DNA from: Mobula hypostoma
Lineage: Eukaryota
DNA: 64,000 nt
Direction: 5' to 3'
Assembly (NCBI RefSeq): GCF_963921235.1
Contig: NC_086097.1
Coordinates: 235,292,001 to 235,356,000, forward strand
The notes under the pieces were generated by a model. It made no database searches and had not been told where the DNA came from. It saw only the letters and a program-made list of their open reading frames with translations. Positions 62,817 to 64,000 of the stretch are shown here, one piece after another; within the stretch, counting starts at the first letter, position 1, and every line of letters starts with the position of its first letter. Both the position numbers and the translations under genes were made by a program.

Positions 62817-62974
62817 GGTCCTGGAGCAATAACCTGATACAGGTCTTTCAGCCCAAATCGTCTATGCCAACCGCTGTGTCTGCCCAGCTAATCCCAATTT
62901 CATGCCTTCAGTCCATATCTTGATAAACCCAGCCCCTCCATGTTTCTTGCCTAAGTGCATCTCAAGTGATACCT

Positions 62975-64000
62975 TGCCTTTGACAAGGTGCCACACATGA
63001 GGCTACTTAACAAGATAAGAGCCCATGGAATTACGGGAAAGTTACATACGTGGATAGAGTTTTGGCTGATTGGCAGGAAACAGAGAGTGGGAATAAAGGG
63101 ATCCTATTCTGGTTGGCTGCCGGTTACCAGTGGTGTTCCGCAGGGATCAGTGTTGAGGCCGCTTCTTCTTACACTGTACATCAACGATTTAGATTATGGA
63201 ATAGATGGCTTTGTGGCTAAGTTTGCTGACGATACGAAGATAGGTGGAGGGGCCGGTAGTGCTGAGGAAACAGAGAGTCTGCAGAGAGACTTGGATAGAT
63301 TGGAAGAATGGACAAAGAAGTGGCAAATGAAGTACAATGTTGGAAAGTGTATGGTTATGCACCTTGGCAGAAAAAATAAATGGGCAGACTATTATTTAAA
63401 TGGGGAAAGAATTCAAAGTTCTGAGATGCAACGGGACTTGGGAGTCCTCGTACAGGCTACCCTTAAAGTTAACCTCCAGGTTGAGTCAGTAGTGAAGAAG
63501 GCGAATGCAATGTTGGCATTCATTTCTAGAAGAATAGAGTATAGGAGCAGGGATGTGATGTTGAGGCTCTATAAGGCGCTGGTGAGACCTCACTTGGAGT
63601 ACTGTGGGTAGTTTTGGTCTCCTTATTTAAGAAAGGATGTGCTGACGTTGGAGAGGGTACAGAGAAGATTCTCTAGAATGATTCCGGGAATGAGAGGGTT
63701 AACATATGAGGAACGTTTGTCCGCTCTTGGACTGTATTCCTTGGAGTTTAGAAGAATGAGGGGAGTCCTCATAGAAACATTTCAAATGTTGAAAGGCATG
63801 GACAGAGTGGATGTGGCAAAGTTGTTTCCCATGATGGGGGAGTCTAGTACGAGAGGGCATGACTTAAGGATTGAAGGGCGCCCATTCAGAACAGAAATGC
63901 GAAGAAATTTTTTTAGTCAGAGGGTGGTGAATCTATGGAATTTGTTGCCACGGGCAGCAATGGAGGCCAAATCATTGGGTGTATTTAAGGCAGAGATTGA
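62975..64000 (+). mobile_element. 5'-truncated CR1 RT region, running off the window
   Basis: 207-aa ORF with GVPQGSVL, KFADDTKIGG and LVRPHLEYC. The frame continues after one stop. Confidence 0.92.

Noticed and set aside
1..64000. Prokaryotic RT systems (retron, DGR, group II intron) or CRISPR arrays
   Set aside because: All RTs carry eukaryotic non-LTR or PLE motifs. There is no operon structure and no regularly spaced repeat-spacer array.

Overview
Eukaryotic, AT-rich vertebrate genomic DNA made almost entirely of transposable elements, probably intergenic or intronic. The repeat mix (several CR1 subfamilies with 7-8-mer microsatellite tails, V-domain/HE1-like SINEs, Penelope-like, Rex1/Babar, L1, Tc1/mariner) suggests a cartilaginous fish such as a ray; this is an inference. 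I recognise no host protein-coding gene: every long ORF is retroelement ORF1/ORF2 or transposase sequence, or an antisense shadow of one. The most notable items are: (i) a Penelope-like element with RT + GIY-YIG, an inverted 5' terminal repeat, a 13-bp TSD and minimal hammerhead ribozymes, plus a separate ~156-bp ribozyme-bearing insertion with a 16-bp TSD; (ii) a spacer-less CR1 fold-back in which an antisense copy is truncated exactly at the position homologous to its own insertion site; (iii) a palindromic mariner MITE built from two transposase 3' ends; (iv) an L1 with both termini and a 12-bp TSD, a solo LTR, a hAT MITE inside a Tc1 TIR, and HERO- and R4-like fragments; (v) a multi-stem fold and some weak exon candidates in the few unique islands. 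I found no convincing new biological system beyond these TE-derived structures. Boundaries of old, degenerate copies are approximate, and clade names come from recalled motifs, not from database searches.
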